A DNA stretch of 64,000 nucleotides from a virus. Each line of letters opens with the position of its first letter. Within the stretch, counting starts at the first letter, position 1. The notes beneath the pieces are model-generated. The model did not search any database. It had not been told where the DNA came from and was given only the letters and a program-made list of their open reading frames with translations. The stretch is taken from the IMG/VR virus record IMGVR_UViG_3300034019_000586, positions 2,723-66,722 of that record. One strand, given 5' to 3'. The translations under genes and the position numbers were made by a program. This document shows positions 11,226 to 21,847 of this stretch, piece after piece.

Positions 11226-11715
11226 TACCATGAAAAAGTCACTTCTTACAGCAGAGTATAAAAAGCAAATTAATGAGGCAGCAGCTCGTGAATTACTTGT
11301 TTCAAATACCTATAAACAATTCTCTAATTGCATGGAGGGTGTGGGGTACTTCGGTTCAGCTAAATTTTTTAAGTCTGAATCAAGTGATGAACTTGAACAC
11401 TATCAAATATGGGCTGACTATGCAAATGACAGAGGTGATATTCTGGACGTATTAGCAGTTCCCGCAATAACAACAAAACCAAAGACTCTTAAAGAGGCTT
11501 TTACGGCCTACTGTGAACTTGAACTTAATTTAGGCAAGTTTTACAATGATTTATACGAAAACTGTGACGACGCCCCTATGCTTCAACAGTTGCTTACCTT
11601 TGTAGAGATACAGAGAAAGAGTGTAGGTGAAGCATTAGACTTTCTTGCTACACTTGATTTATGTGGAGATGATCGTTCAGCATTACTTCTATTTGACAAA
11701 GAATTAAATGGCTAA
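11215..11715 (+). CDS. Ferritin-like protein (likely start at ATG 11230)
   Basis: ELLVSNTY...GSAKFFKSESSDELEH...YANDRG...ELE...FVEIQ matches the ferritin four-helix ferroxidase pattern. Confidence 0.8.
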   Translation: MNVNTMKKSLLTAEYKKQINEAAARELLVSNTYKQFSNCMEGVGYFGSAKFFKSESSDELEHYQIWADYANDRGDILDVLAVPAITTKPKTLKEAFTAYCELELNLGKFYNDLYENCDDAPMLQQLLTFVEIQRKSVGEALDFLATLDLCGDDRSALLLFDKELNG

Positions 11716-14700
11716 AAATCCTTGTGTATATACTTTGAATGATGGTAGAACCTTGTCTTACGATGAGGTTCGTGCTTTTATGCTTGACAACTTCGACATG
11801 GTTTCGGAAGGAAAAACCGAGCCGACAGCCGAAGAAAAACCAATGTCAGCAGCCAGAAAGAAAGCCGAAGCCGCAAGAAAAAAAGCAGAGGAAATAAGAA
11901 AAGCAACGGGTGGAACTCTTATGTCCGCGCCTAAACTCGTCGCAGCAGCACTTGATTTGTATGCCACGCTTCTTGAAAAATACGACGATATTACTAAGGC
12001 ACTCAATGAATTTAGAAAGTCAAAAGAGTACACCGACCTTTCAGACGAGGATAAGAAAATAGTCGATCAGGAAATAGGAGATGAGGAAACGGATGAAACT
12101 GAAATTGATTTTGAAAAAGCGGAAGGCGAAACAGAACTTGCAAGCAGAGGTAAAAGAATTTCAGAAGACGATAAATTTAGAGAAAAACTTAATGGGTTTA
12201 ACAAGACCTATAAGTCAATAAATGTAGAAGCAGCAACAGCACTTGTTGATGCTTACTATTCTCAAAATGTATCAGGACAAGAAAACGGTGGTAAAAAGGC
12301 ATTAGAGTTTGCGAAATCACTTCTTATTCAAGATTTAGAAGATGGTATTGGTCAATCTGAATATGTTTTTTCAAAATCAGCATTTGGTGTGTTGCTTGCT
12401 CAAAAGGTGCTATCAGATGCGCAGTTGCTTGGTGACCTTGATTTGGCAACAGAGGCTAATAATTTCCTTGACCTCGTGGGTAGAAGTTCAGGTTTGAAAG
12501 TAGCGTTAATGCAAGCCAAAATAAGCCTTGACGCACTTGGTTCATACGCAACAGCCGAAGCAGCAAATCAAGAAAAGGTTGGTAACGAAACCGTATCTTC
12601 TGGTCGTAAGAAAAAAGACGTCGTAAAAGATATTAAGGAAGAATCCGACAAGGCAAAAGCAGAGGCCGCAGATGAGGTGTCAGAAAATTTAGACGTTACC
12701 GATATTATCGACAACTCAAAAGAGCCACCAAAACCACAGAGCAAAAAAGCAAGCGGTAAAAAGGCAGAACTTGAAAAGAAAAGAAAGGCTGCGATAGAAA
12801 GGGTAAAAAAGGCATTTGCCAATAAGGGTGCGGGTGTGCTTATGGCGGCAACTCCCGAAAATGCGGAGCGTGTGGCAGCACTTACCGAACTTGCAAAGGT
12901 TGAGATTGAATCAGGTTTATACACACTCAAAGAAGTAATTGCGAAACTTGCCAAAGACCTTAATGGCGTTCTTTCTAAAAAGCAAATCAGCAACGTATTG
13001 ATTGGCGAATGGAATGAACTTGCTAAGATAGCAGAGGAGGCTAAACGTACTGAATCAATTGAACTACTCAAAGACGCAATTGAGAACAAAGTAAGCGACA
13101 AGGCACTAAAAGCACTTGCGAAAGCATTGAAAATGGCTGACCCCGAATTTATCAAAACGATGAATAAGGGCAAGCGCATGAGTGACGCTCAGATCGTGGA
13201 GGAAATACTTAAAGACCCACAGAAAGCGCAAGACTTACTTTATGCGGCACTTGGGGCTTTAATTGATGATGTTAATTCAGGAAACCACTTGGATTCAGTT
13301 GGTGTAAGTAAGCCAAAGAGCATGAGTGATGAGGAGTGGGATGCAGTAAGAAAGAAGTACGTAATTAATAAATTCAAACAGTTTGTAGATACTCTTATCC
13401 CACTTGCAGATGAGAAGTCGGTATCAATGGCCGATCAAAAGCAAAAGCAGGAAGAAGAAAGTTTGGAACGGGCATGGTTGAAAGCAAAGGAAAGACGGGA
13501 CAAAGCCAAAGCCAACGCAGAGAAGCGATATGAAGATCGTGAAAAAGAGAAACTTGCAGAAGCCCAATTAGAAGCACGGGAAAAAGAACTTGCGGAAGCA
13601 GAAAGACTTTGGAATAACTTTATTAATCAAAAGGTCAAAGAAGTAGTTTCTAAGTTTTACAAAAACCCAAATTCAAATCAGACATTTGTTGAAGCACTTA
13701 TAGAAGCCATTCCTTCGCTATCTGTACAACAGGCAATTCAAATTGCAGAAAAGGTTCAGACACAGATCAACAAAAAACTTGACCAACGCGACAATAAGAG
13801 AATTAAAGAACTGATTAAAGAAATGACAGATGGCCGTGAAGATTCATCGGTTAATGAAGTCATGCAGAAAATCTTCTTTAATCGTGGCGCAATTAGTCAA
13901 TTCGGATTTACCAATATGCTTTCAAAGTATCTTGGGTATAAGGGGCTACCCCAATACGCTATTGCTCAGATAACACAACTTGCGCAACAGGCGGCAAGGA
14001 TGAAAGCGGGTGCGCTAAGAACGCAAATTATGAATCAAGCCAACACTATTGCGGCAAGTTATAGCAATACTGCATGGCAAAATTTATATGAGATACTAAC
14101 CGAAACACTTGTAAGAAACTTGCTTTCTAAAGTAAAGACTGCATTTACAGGTGGTTTCAGCGTTAGTTTCTTTGCTATACCCAACGCGATAAAAAAGACT
14201 TTAATTAATCGTCCTGCTAATACAATTAGGGCGTTAAAGTTTACGGGTAAGAATTTATACAATGGAAGATGGGGCGTTCGCAATGCCTTCATGGAATCAA
14301 TGTATAGACACAACGACCCATTTGCGCAAGCAACCGAACGTGCTGACAACATTTATTCAAAAGACAGGGCTTGGCAAAGAGCAAGAAAAGCGACATTCTC
14401 AGAGATTAAAAAACTATGGGGTGTTGACAAAGGCAGGGCTGCTTCGATGATCGCAGGTAGGGCTTTAATTGAGGGTACTTTTCAGGGTAAATTACCTATA
14501 ACCAATATCATTCCTGATGCTATGGCGTTTATGAACTACATAGCATATAAATTCATGCAGGATATGAATTTAGCTTATATGGCGCAGGACAAGACCATAA
14601 TGGAAGGTATTAAGCCGTCAGACCCTAAATTTAAAGATGAGTTCTTAAAGAAACTCTCAATGACACCTGCTCAGTTAAAGAGTATAGAAACGGCAGTTGA

Positions 14701-16390
14701 CAATGAAATAGCGCAAGCGGTATCACAAGGCGTTCCTGTTCCAAAAGGATTCAGAAAAGATCGTATCCGTGAAATGATTGCTCAGAACACAGACGAAATG
14801 TTGTTTCAACGAGCAATGGAACAATCGGTTTATGATATTGGTATGAACAATCCAAAAAGTGCGCTTGGTGCTTTTGCTTATGGTAATTTGAGAAAATTAA
14901 AGTTTAAACCACAGGTAGAAGGCCAACTAAGTTTCTTGGGAATGTCAATTAATTTACTTAGTACAACACTTGGACTTTTTAGCCGTCAGGCAATTGTTCT
15001 TGGTGAAAGGGCTGCTCAATATGCCCCAATTATCGGTACTGCTGCTTATTTGTATCCAAAAAGGTTTGATTACAAGGACAATAAATTAGTTGTGCTGAAA
15101 GATGATAAAGATAAGGCATATAATATGTATAAATCAGACCCAAAAGAAGCCGCATATCGCATTAGTGTTTCTGTTGCGGTACTTGGTCTTGCTGCTTATA
15201 TTTTGGCTAATTGGTGGGATGATGAAGAAATAATTGATCCCGCAACGGGCGAAAAAGTTGTTGACCCCGAAACAGGAAAGCCACTTACAAGACAAAGATA
15301 TTTAATGAATGGTAAGGTTGACTTCTTTGGGAGTTCTCCAAAAATAAGAAGGGAAGACAGAGGTATAGACCCGACTAATACCATGAGAATTTATTCAGAC
15401 GACGGAACTTTTAGGGACGTTCCGTTTGAGGCAATGGGTCAAATGTATGCCTTTGTAATGGGGCTTGGTCAATTAAGAGATCAACAGAGATATGGTGTTG
15501 AAAAAGTTGTGTTGGACGCAGACAAATTAAAAGACCCAACAACAATAAAAGCCGAACTTCAACAATCGGCTGAAATAGACTGGGCTTCACTTGCAACCGC
15601 TTCTGCTGCTAATGCTGCTAATACCGACTTTCAAACAGTATCGAAAATTGTAAAAGTGCTACAAGCAAGGGAAAAGGCCGATATACCCGCAGGACTATTT
15701 GACGTGCTTGTGATTAACCCCGCAAAAGGAACTGTGAATCCAGCCGTTGTAAGATCATTACAAGAGCAATATTACAATATGAGTGATAGGTATAAGACCT
15801 ACATTAAACTTGAAAGCGACGTACAAAATTTAGGAACATATCTTGCAAAAGACGTATGGTTCTTAGACCCGTGGATTGAAAACAGGAAGGACTATGAAAG
15901 CGTAGATATTTTTGGAAATAAAATAGCATACCCACCTATTTATAATGATTTTCTTGGTTCATTTGGAAGCACAACTAACTATGTAATGGCTAACCATGTG
16001 GAAAAAAACAAGGATATGTACAGTCTTTTCATGGTAGATGGTAAATACATTCCATATCCCGCAAGATACATTTATAGACCATCTAAATTTGATATGGCAG
16101 GGATGGACAAATCAGTTAAGGTTGAGGATAATCTTCAACGCATGATTTCTGATAAAACCTATGAAAACTTTGGTGCTGTCGTTAAGCAGAATATGGACTT
16201 AATTAAATCAGTCACCGATTACGACCAAAGAAGGGAATTACTTGATAATATGTTTGATTTTGCAAGTTATCAAGCTGTTTTATTTGCTTTTCCTAATTCA
16301 CAGCGTAAGCCGTCAGATACCGAAGTTAAAAAAACACCACAAGAAAAAGAGGCAATGAACTCATTTATAATATCAAATTTACCGAAATAA
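11708..16390 (+). CDS. Giant internal virion/ejection protein
   Basis: 1560 aa with a coiled-coil N-half and hydrophobic segments in the C-half; last gene before the lysis module. Confidence 0.55.
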   Translation: MAKNPCVYTLNDGRTLSYDEVRAFMLDNFDMVSEGKTEPTAEEKPMSAARKKAEAARKKAEEIRKATGGTLMSAPKLVAAALDLYATLLEKYDDITKALNEFRKSKEYTDLSDEDKKIVDQEIGDEETDETEIDFEKAEGETELASRGKRISEDDKFREKLNGFNKTYKSINVEAATALVDAYYSQNVSGQENGGKKALEFAKSLLIQDLEDGIGQSEYVFSKSAFGVLLAQKVLSDAQLLGDLDLATEANNFLDLVGRSSGLKVALMQAKISLDALGSYATAEAANQEKVGNETVSSGRKKKDVVKDIKEESDKAKAEAADEVSENLDVTDIIDNSKEPPKPQSKKASGKKAELEKKRKAAIERVKKAFANKGAGVLMAATPENAERVAALTELAKVEIESGLYTLKEVIAKLAKDLNGVLSKKQISNVLIGEWNELAKIAEEAKRTESIELLKDAIENKVSDKALKALAKALKMADPEFIKTMNKGKRMSDAQIVEEILKDPQKAQDLLYAALGALIDDVNSGNHLDSVGVSKPKSMSDEEWDAVRKKYVINKFKQFVDTLIPLADEKSVSMADQKQKQEEESLERAWLKAKERRDKAKANAEKRYEDREKEKLAEAQLEAREKELAEAERLWNNFINQKVKEVVSKFYKNPNSNQTFVEALIEAIPSLSVQQAIQIAEKVQTQINKKLDQRDNKRIKELIKEMTDGREDSSVNEVMQKIFFNRGAISQFGFTNMLSKYLGYKGLPQYAIAQITQLAQQAARMKAGALRTQIMNQANTIAASYSNTAWQNLYEILTETLVRNLLSKVKTAFTGGFSVSFFAIPNAIKKTLINRPANTIRALKFTGKNLYNGRWGVRNAFMESMYRHNDPFAQATERADNIYSKDRAWQRARKATFSEIKKLWGVDKGRAASMIAGRALIEGTFQGKLPITNIIPDAMAFMNYIAYKFMQDMNLAYMAQDKTIMEGIKPSDPKFKDEFLKKLSMTPAQLKSIETAVDNEIAQAVSQGVPVPKGFRKDRIREMIAQNTDEMLFQRAMEQSVYDIGMNNPKSALGAFAYGNLRKLKFKPQVEGQLSFLGMSINLLSTTLGLFSRQAIVLGERAAQYAPIIGTAAYLYPKRFDYKDNKLVVLKDDKDKAYNMYKSDPKEAAYRISVSVAVLGLAAYILANWWDDEEIIDPATGEKVVDPETGKPLTRQRYLMNGKVDFFGSSPKIRREDRGIDPTNTMRIYSDDGTFRDVPFEAMGQMYAFVMGLGQLRDQQRYGVEKVVLDADKLKDPTTIKAELQQSAEIDWASLATASAANAANTDFQTVSKIVKVLQAREKADIPAGLFDVLVINPAKGTVNPAVVRSLQEQYYNMSDRYKTYIKLESDVQNLGTYLAKDVWFLDPWIENRKDYESVDIFGNKIAYPPIYNDFLGSFGSTTNYVMANHVEKNKDMYSLFMVDGKYIPYPARYIYRPSKFDMAGMDKSVKVEDNLQRMISDKTYENFGAVVKQNMDLIKSVTDYDQRRELLDNMFDFASYQAVLFAFPNSQRKPSDTEVKKTPQEKEAMNSFIISNLPK

Positions 16391-16481
16391 ACTTTAATTA
16401 ATATTCAACCTTTATTTATATTTAATTTCGCATTATGGCTAAAGTGAAAGAAATAATTTTTTAGGAAACAACGTTGCAATT

Positions 16482-16853
16482 ATGAAAGAAAACCCCGACT
16501 TTTGGCTAATTGCCTATGAATCTTGGAAGTTACTTGTTAAGTGGTTTCCGACCATTGCGATAGGGATAATATCTTCATGGATAAGTGTTCAATTCCAGAT
16601 TCATAGAAAGAAGGTTGAAACCGTTAAACAGGCATGGGGAATAGGCGTTATGGCATTTCTTTTGTCGATGCTTGTAAATTATGTTGCGTCATTAAGGTTT
16701 GAGCCTTTTATAGCAAATGCGATGGGTATAGGTACGGCAATTTATGGTCGTGATTTGCTTTTATGGATATTTTCAAATTGGGATGGTGTTTTGCGCGGTA
16801 TCTTTGGTGTATTCAAGGTTAAGATACCTAAGAAAGACGAGGAACAAGATTAA
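16482..16853 (+). CDS. Putative holin
   Basis: 123 aa, about 3 transmembrane segments, charged C-terminus, upstream of the endolysin. Confidence 0.6.
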   Translation: MKENPDFWLIAYESWKLLVKWFPTIAIGIISSWISVQFQIHRKKVETVKQAWGIGVMAFLLSMLVNYVASLRFEPFIANAMGIGTAIYGRDLLLWIFSNWDGVLRGIFGVFKVKIPKKDEEQD

Positions 16854-16864
16854 TTTAGATCACA

Positions 16865-17074
16865 ATGAGTACAAGGGTAAAAACACCTAAAGAATTTTGG
16901 GACGTTAGAACGTCTAAAAAATTTAAGAAATTGGGAATAGTTCTTGGCGGTATGGGAACTGCTTTGATGGGTGCTTCGGCAGTTGGCTTGCCTAACATAG
17001 TTTCTGTTGCGGGGTTTGTGCTAATGGTTGGTGGCGGTGTTGTATCGAACATCTTTACCGACGAACCGAAGTAA
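16865..17074 (+). CDS. Small two-TM holin-like protein
   Basis: 69 aa; a KTPKEFW...KKFKKLG basic N-terminus followed by two hydrophobic helices. Confidence 0.55.
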   Translation: MSTRVKTPKEFWDVRTSKKFKKLGIVLGGMGTALMGASAVGLPNIVSVAGFVLMVGGGVVSNIFTDEPK

Positions 17075-17080
17075 AATGAA

Positions 17081-17116
17081 AACGCCACAGGGTGTTTTCA
17101 AGTTTCCTGTGGCGTT
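17081..17116. terminator. Hairpin, probable terminator
   Basis: AACGCCACAGG ... CCTGTGGCGTT, an 11-bp perfect inverted repeat after the holin-like gene. Confidence 0.55.
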
Positions 17117-17209
17117 CTTCAATTCTCATCTCCCGATTGCCTAAAGATTTGATATTCAAGCGCGAATTGCGATGCAAATATATACAAATAAACTAATTAA
17201 GCAAATAAA

Positions 17210-17590
17210 ATGCCATCAAGAAAAATCGAAGATTGCACCTACCTGCTTCAAAACGCATGGTGCGATACAAGGGAAAAGTTTATAGAAATGTACCCATACG
17301 CTCCCGAACCAATACTTACTTGTACATTCAGATCAAACGACGAGCAAGCTGATTTATATGCTCAGGGCAGAACAGAGCCGGGCAAGATCGTCACCAACAT
17401 AAAAGCAAACGGAAAGCACAACCGTAAACCCGCAGAGGCTTTTGATATTGCGTTTAGAAAAAAAGGAGGTAGTCTTGATTGGTCAGGTCAAAACTTTAGA
17501 AACTTTGCGGCTATAATGAGCGCAGAATATCCAATGGTGACTTGGGGTGGTAATTGGAAGATGAGAGATTTACCACACTTTGAGGAATAA
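17210..17590 (+). CDS. Endolysin, M15 family (L-Ala-D-Glu peptidase-like)
   Basis: TFRSNDEQADLYAQGRT...GKHN...AFDIAF...WGGNW...DLPHFE Zn-peptidase motifs. Confidence 0.9.
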   Translation: MPSRKIEDCTYLLQNAWCDTREKFIEMYPYAPEPILTCTFRSNDEQADLYAQGRTEPGKIVTNIKANGKHNRKPAEAFDIAFRKKGGSLDWSGQNFRNFAAIMSAEYPMVTWGGNWKMRDLPHFEE

Positions 17591-17608
17591 CAAATTAACA
17601 AACAAATA

Positions 17609-18103
17609 ATGTCGTTCCTACCCGAACAACCCATGCCGAACCCAATCCCCTACAATATTGACGGGGATAAAATTCTACACCTTAGAACGCCAAAACAGAT
17701 TTTTAAGTACCTTAAATCACTTAAATACCCAATAGAACCACTTGAAATCTTAATTCATAATCACAGGCGAAAAAAAGACCCCGTGACAAGGCAGTTCTTA
17801 TCGGCAACTCCCGAAGCAATTAAGCAAATGATATTTAGTGCCGCTCCGATTCCGATAGACCAAATTCAAGGTACAAGGGCAAGTCAAAAACAAAAACAAA
17901 AGATTGAGGAAGATGAGGCAAGGAAAGAAAAACAAATTCAGAAAAATCGTAAGCCCATGAGAACGGGTATAAAGTGGGTAGAGGCTAAAAGGTTGTGGAA
18001 GGATAAATTTAACCCCGAATTATTTGAAAACAAGTATCCTACCCTTGATGAATTTGTTACCTTTGCTCACGACAACGAACTAAATTTAGTCCCTCGTCAG
18101 TAA
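17609..18103 (+). CDS. Hypothetical protein
   Basis: 164-aa ORF co-oriented with its neighbours, with an A-rich start context. Confidence 0.55.
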   Translation: MSFLPEQPMPNPIPYNIDGDKILHLRTPKQIFKYLKSLKYPIEPLEILIHNHRRKKDPVTRQFLSATPEAIKQMIFSAAPIPIDQIQGTRASQKQKQKIEEDEARKEKQIQKNRKPMRTGIKWVEAKRLWKDKFNPELFENKYPTLDEFVTFAHDNELNLVPRQ

Positions 18104-18111
18104 AAAAAACA

Positions 18112-20154
18112 ATGGCTTCTATTTCGGTAACAAATATTCAGATCGGAAACAATGATACCGTACATTTTTACGACGGCTCAACCATTATTCAATCCGTTTC
18201 TCAAATTGTTCCCAATACGACACCATACATTTTAAGAGATGGACTAAACATTGTTATCATCAACCGAAATCCCGGCAATGATGTTCAACTAAAAGACGGT
18301 TCACGAGCCAACGATCATCTTGTGTTCAACACGATGTATGTTCTTAATGTTGGTTCAAGGTCATACACGCCCGTAAATCAAGCCTTACAAAATGCGGGTG
18401 ACTTAAATCTACAACGGGCAAGACAAATTTATTCTGAATTAGTTCTAAATGTTTTCAAGGGTTGTTGCGACTGTTCTGAAAACGGTGAGTGCGCTATTCA
18501 GTATCAATATAGTTCTGACCTTGAAACAGGTCAATTCTATACCATAAGCGGTAAATTGCTTATGAGCATGGATAGTTTTAACGGAACTGATTTTTCGGGG
18601 CTACTCAATCAACTTGGAAATAATTCATGGCTTTGGTTCACAAAGGATTCAGACCCTAATTCGTTTTTTATATATGAGATAAGCAATTACATTGTAATAA
18701 GCGGGCTTGCTGTATGGGATTACGTTTTAATTGATAGCAAGGGCGTTCTTTCCAATAGCGATATACTTTGTTTGGATATTAAGCCCGCTATTGGGGGCGG
18801 TGGTGGCGGTTCGGGAACAGTTACTTCGGTAGGGTTAACAATGCCAAGTGCTTTTACGGTAACAAATAGTCCTATTACATCAAGTGGAGATATAGCTGTA
18901 ACGGGTGCAGGATTAACATCTCAATACGTAAGAGGTGATGGCTCATTGGCTAACTTTCCTACATCAATAGGAGGGGGTGCATCGGTAAATTATTACCTTA
19001 ATGGCTCTGTTAATCAAGGTGTTTTTGGGGGTAATACTTATTACGAAATGAATAGAGTGCCTGTTATTGGATTAGGCACTAACTTTACAATAGCGACCAA
19101 CGGATATATAGCTCAGTTCATAACAGACGCAAATGATCCTTCTCAACTTAATATACCAGCGGGTAATTGGAATTTTGAGATGTATTTTCAAGCATCAAGT
19201 CCGGGAGGAAGCCCTTCATTTTATGTAGAATTATACAAATGGGATGGTGCAACTTTTACTTTAATAGCATCAAGTTCTGCTAATCCCGAAGGAATTACTA
19301 ATGGTACAGCAGTAGATTTATATCTTACTGCATTGAGTGTACCCGCAACTACTTTGGCTCTTACAGATAGATTAGCGGTAAGGGTGCGTGTAAATAATAG
19401 CGGTAGAACAATTACCCTACACACGGAAGACAACAATCTGTGTGAAGTTATAACCACTTTTACAACGGGTTTAACCGCATTGAATGGACTTACTGCACAA
19501 GTACAGAATTTAGCAGTAGGAACATCGGGAACTGACTTTAATATTAGTTCTGTTACAGCAACGCATACATTTAATTTACCAACAGCAAGTGCCGTTAATA
19601 GAGGTGCTTTAAGTTCATCTGATTGGACAGATTTTAATAACAAAGCTCCTTTAGCGTCCCCTGCTTTCACGGGCATACCGACAGCTCCTACTGCGGCAAT
19701 AGGAACTAATACAGCACAATTAGCAACTACTCAGTTTGTTCAAGCGGCAATTGCGGGTACAACAAAAATAACGGCATACGGAGTAAAAATGCCGGGTGTA
19801 GGTCTTACTGCGGGAGCTACAAACTTTACGGATTTTTACGGTAGTTCAGCATATAGCGCGACAGAATCTACAAGGTTTTGTGTTGCGGGAGTGACAGGAA
19901 CAATTCAAACTTTTGATATATACATTCAAGGCGCACAACCCGTAACGGGGTCGCTTACGGCTAATGTTCGTGTAAATGCCGTAACTTCTGGTTCTGCGCT
20001 AATAATAGCTGCGGGTTCTGCTGCGGGGGTATATTCTATAAGTGCGCTTGGCGTAGCTATTATTAGAACAGACGTTCTTAATTACAGGATTCAAAATTCT
20101 GCTCTTTCATCTTCGGCAGCAATTGTTTCAATAGCATCAACAATTACCACATAA
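18112..20154 (+). CDS. Tail fibre/spike protein
   Basis: 680 aa, Thr/Gly/Ser-rich. Contains the GGGGGGSGTVTSVG hinge and the APLASPAFTGIPTAPTAAIGTNTAQLATTQFV tail-fibre repeat. A TACCTTTG box lies at 18058-18065. Confidence 0.75.
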   Translation: MASISVTNIQIGNNDTVHFYDGSTIIQSVSQIVPNTTPYILRDGLNIVIINRNPGNDVQLKDGSRANDHLVFNTMYVLNVGSRSYTPVNQALQNAGDLNLQRARQIYSELVLNVFKGCCDCSENGECAIQYQYSSDLETGQFYTISGKLLMSMDSFNGTDFSGLLNQLGNNSWLWFTKDSDPNSFFIYEISNYIVISGLAVWDYVLIDSKGVLSNSDILCLDIKPAIGGGGGGSGTVTSVGLTMPSAFTVTNSPITSSGDIAVTGAGLTSQYVRGDGSLANFPTSIGGGASVNYYLNGSVNQGVFGGNTYYEMNRVPVIGLGTNFTIATNGYIAQFITDANDPSQLNIPAGNWNFEMYFQASSPGGSPSFYVELYKWDGATFTLIASSSANPEGITNGTAVDLYLTALSVPATTLALTDRLAVRVRVNNSGRTITLHTEDNNLCEVITTFTTGLTALNGLTAQVQNLAVGTSGTDFNISSVTATHTFNLPTASAVNRGALSSSDWTDFNNKAPLASPAFTGIPTAPTAAIGTNTAQLATTQFVQAAIAGTTKITAYGVKMPGVGLTAGATNFTDFYGSSAYSATESTRFCVAGVTGTIQTFDIYIQGAQPVTGSLTANVRVNAVTSGSALIIAAGSAAGVYSISALGVAIIRTDVLNYRIQNSALSSSAAIVSIASTITT

Positions 20155-20160
20155 AAAAAA

Positions 20161-20454
20161 ATGTACACAATAACATCAGAAATTGAAGAACAAACGGGTG
20201 AAACTATTTTGATTAAAATAGAATCTAATGGCGTTTTTATCATACTAAGTAATTTAATTGCTAACGCATATAGAAACGAACATTCTGCGATAATTAATTT
20301 GATAGAATCAAACAGAGTAAAGCTATTGCGTTTCTGTGATTTACTTGAATCAGACCCTAATACCGCGTTTGTAATATTCTGCGATGAGAATGATATTTAC
20401 ATTCACGATATTGACGGGGTTAATCCACCTGACGGATTGGTAAACGGAAATTAA
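20161..20454 (+). CDS. Hypothetical protein (possible fibre chaperone)
   Basis: 97-aa acidic ORF directly after the fibre gene; function inferred from position only. Confidence 0.4.
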   Translation: MYTITSEIEEQTGETILIKIESNGVFIILSNLIANAYRNEHSAIINLIESNRVKLLRFCDLLESDPNTAFVIFCDENDIYIHDIDGVNPPDGLVNGN

Positions 20455-20474
20455 ATTAAACACCCTATATAAAA

Positions 20475-21245
20475 ATGATTGAAGATTATTCAGACGAAAA
20501 AGTAGGTGTATTGCCTGAAAACGTACACCTAAAAGATCATGTGATGGTCGGCCTTGTCAGGTTCGGTCAACGCAGTGCTTCTGTACCCGTAAGAAAAGGT
20601 GACAGAACGATCAGAACAGAGAAAATTAATGTTGCCATTGCTGAGGACTACGGAGCGCAATCCCTTGTTGACGAGGACTTGCTTATCCAAAGACAAATCA
20701 GATCGGGTATTGACTTTAATTCAATCCCTCACAAGGGCGGTCATATCCTTGACTTCGGTTCGGTTTGGTACTACACCCGTAAAGCAAAGCCATTTGAATT
20801 TCATTCGCTCAATGCTTACTTGTCACGGGAGGGCAACACGATTTACAACAATACCTTTGTTCAGCAGACATTCTACAAAGACTGGTTTGCGGCAAATCCT
20901 GTAAGTCAATGGAGAATGCCTTTCAGTCCTGAATCAGTTTCAAATTTTGCCGTAAGCTGGCAACTCATTGACGCTAACGGAGGCAAATGGGAATGTGTCG
21001 CACCACAGCTTCAAAAGCCAAATTGGATTCCGCGACTTACTCATTTTTCGATAGCGAACCCAAAATCGGAATCGGTCAATATCGTTGAGGGCGCAAATCC
21101 GGGTTACGATGAGGCCACTCATTCATTCATTGTTCAGCCGGGTTGCAAGATCAGGCTATTCTTCATTAACTCTCCAATGGGACAAAAAGAGTTTTCTGAT
21201 GAAGTTGAATTTGACTTGGATAGCAATAAAATAAATCTAATCTAA
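20475..21245 (+). CDS. Hypothetical protein
   Basis: 256-aa ORF with no recognised motif. Confidence 0.55.
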   Translation: MIEDYSDEKVGVLPENVHLKDHVMVGLVRFGQRSASVPVRKGDRTIRTEKINVAIAEDYGAQSLVDEDLLIQRQIRSGIDFNSIPHKGGHILDFGSVWYYTRKAKPFEFHSLNAYLSREGNTIYNNTFVQQTFYKDWFAANPVSQWRMPFSPESVSNFAVSWQLIDANGGKWECVAPQLQKPNWIPRLTHFSIANPKSESVNIVEGANPGYDEATHSFIVQPGCKIRLFFINSPMGQKEFSDEVEFDLDSNKINLI

Positions 21246-21736
21246 TCGTTTAAATTATCAGACTTAGGGAGATTGTTGTGGGTTAGTCCTTGCTCCCTAA
21301 GTCTTTTTCTGTATTTTTTTAAGGATTCTGAATTTTTAAGCCTGCTTTCAATTGTCCATTTGGGCTTTTTCCATAAATTGTTTTGATGAACATGATTGAT
21401 GTTTTCTTGTCTTGTACACCACTCTAAATTGTCTTTATGGTTATTGGCCTTATTTGCATCTTTATGATTAACCTCTGGCTTTCTTTCTGTATTTTCAATG
21501 AAGTGCATACAAACAATACGGGAAAGCCTAAAAGAAGTTCCTTTATTGTTTTTTGACAGTTTTACAGCATAGTATCCTTTTTTACTGATTGATGGCTTTA
21601 AGATTGTTTTTGGCTTTTTTATTTTCATTCCGTTTTTACAAAGTACGGTTCGGTCTAAAGCCATTATTCTACCGTGAGAACTTACCATATAAAGCCCCTC
21701 ATACCCAACAACGTCTTTCCAAATTTCTTCTTCCAT
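21242..21736 (-). CDS. NUMOD4-HNH homing endonuclease
   Basis: EEIWKDVVGYEGLYMVSSHGRI (NUMOD4) and EVNHKDANKANNHKDNLEWCT (HNH). Confidence 0.92.
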   Translation of the reverse strand: MEEEIWKDVVGYEGLYMVSSHGRIMALDRTVLCKNGMKIKKPKTILKPSISKKGYYAVKLSKNNKGTSFRLSRIVCMHFIENTERKPEVNHKDANKANNHKDNLEWCTRQENINHVHQNNLWKKPKWTIESRLKNSESLKKYRKRLREQGLTHNNLPKSDNLND

Positions 21737-21847
21737 AATAAAAAAAATAACCCCTACGGCAAGTGGCTTGTAGTCGTACCAATAAGGAGACTCACTTACT
21801 TTCGGGGAAATAATATTTTTTTAATAAAAGCACAACTACAAGCGGAA

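Noticed and set aside
5265-16390. Giant ORFs as crAss-type virion RNA polymerase
   Set aside because: No DxDxD catalytic motif in an RNAP-like context was recognised; the content fits polyvalent/ejection proteins.
21242-21736. Group I intron hosting the HNH gene
   Set aside because: The HNH is antisense to its neighbours, both flanking ORFs look complete with their own start and stop, and no intron core elements were recognised.
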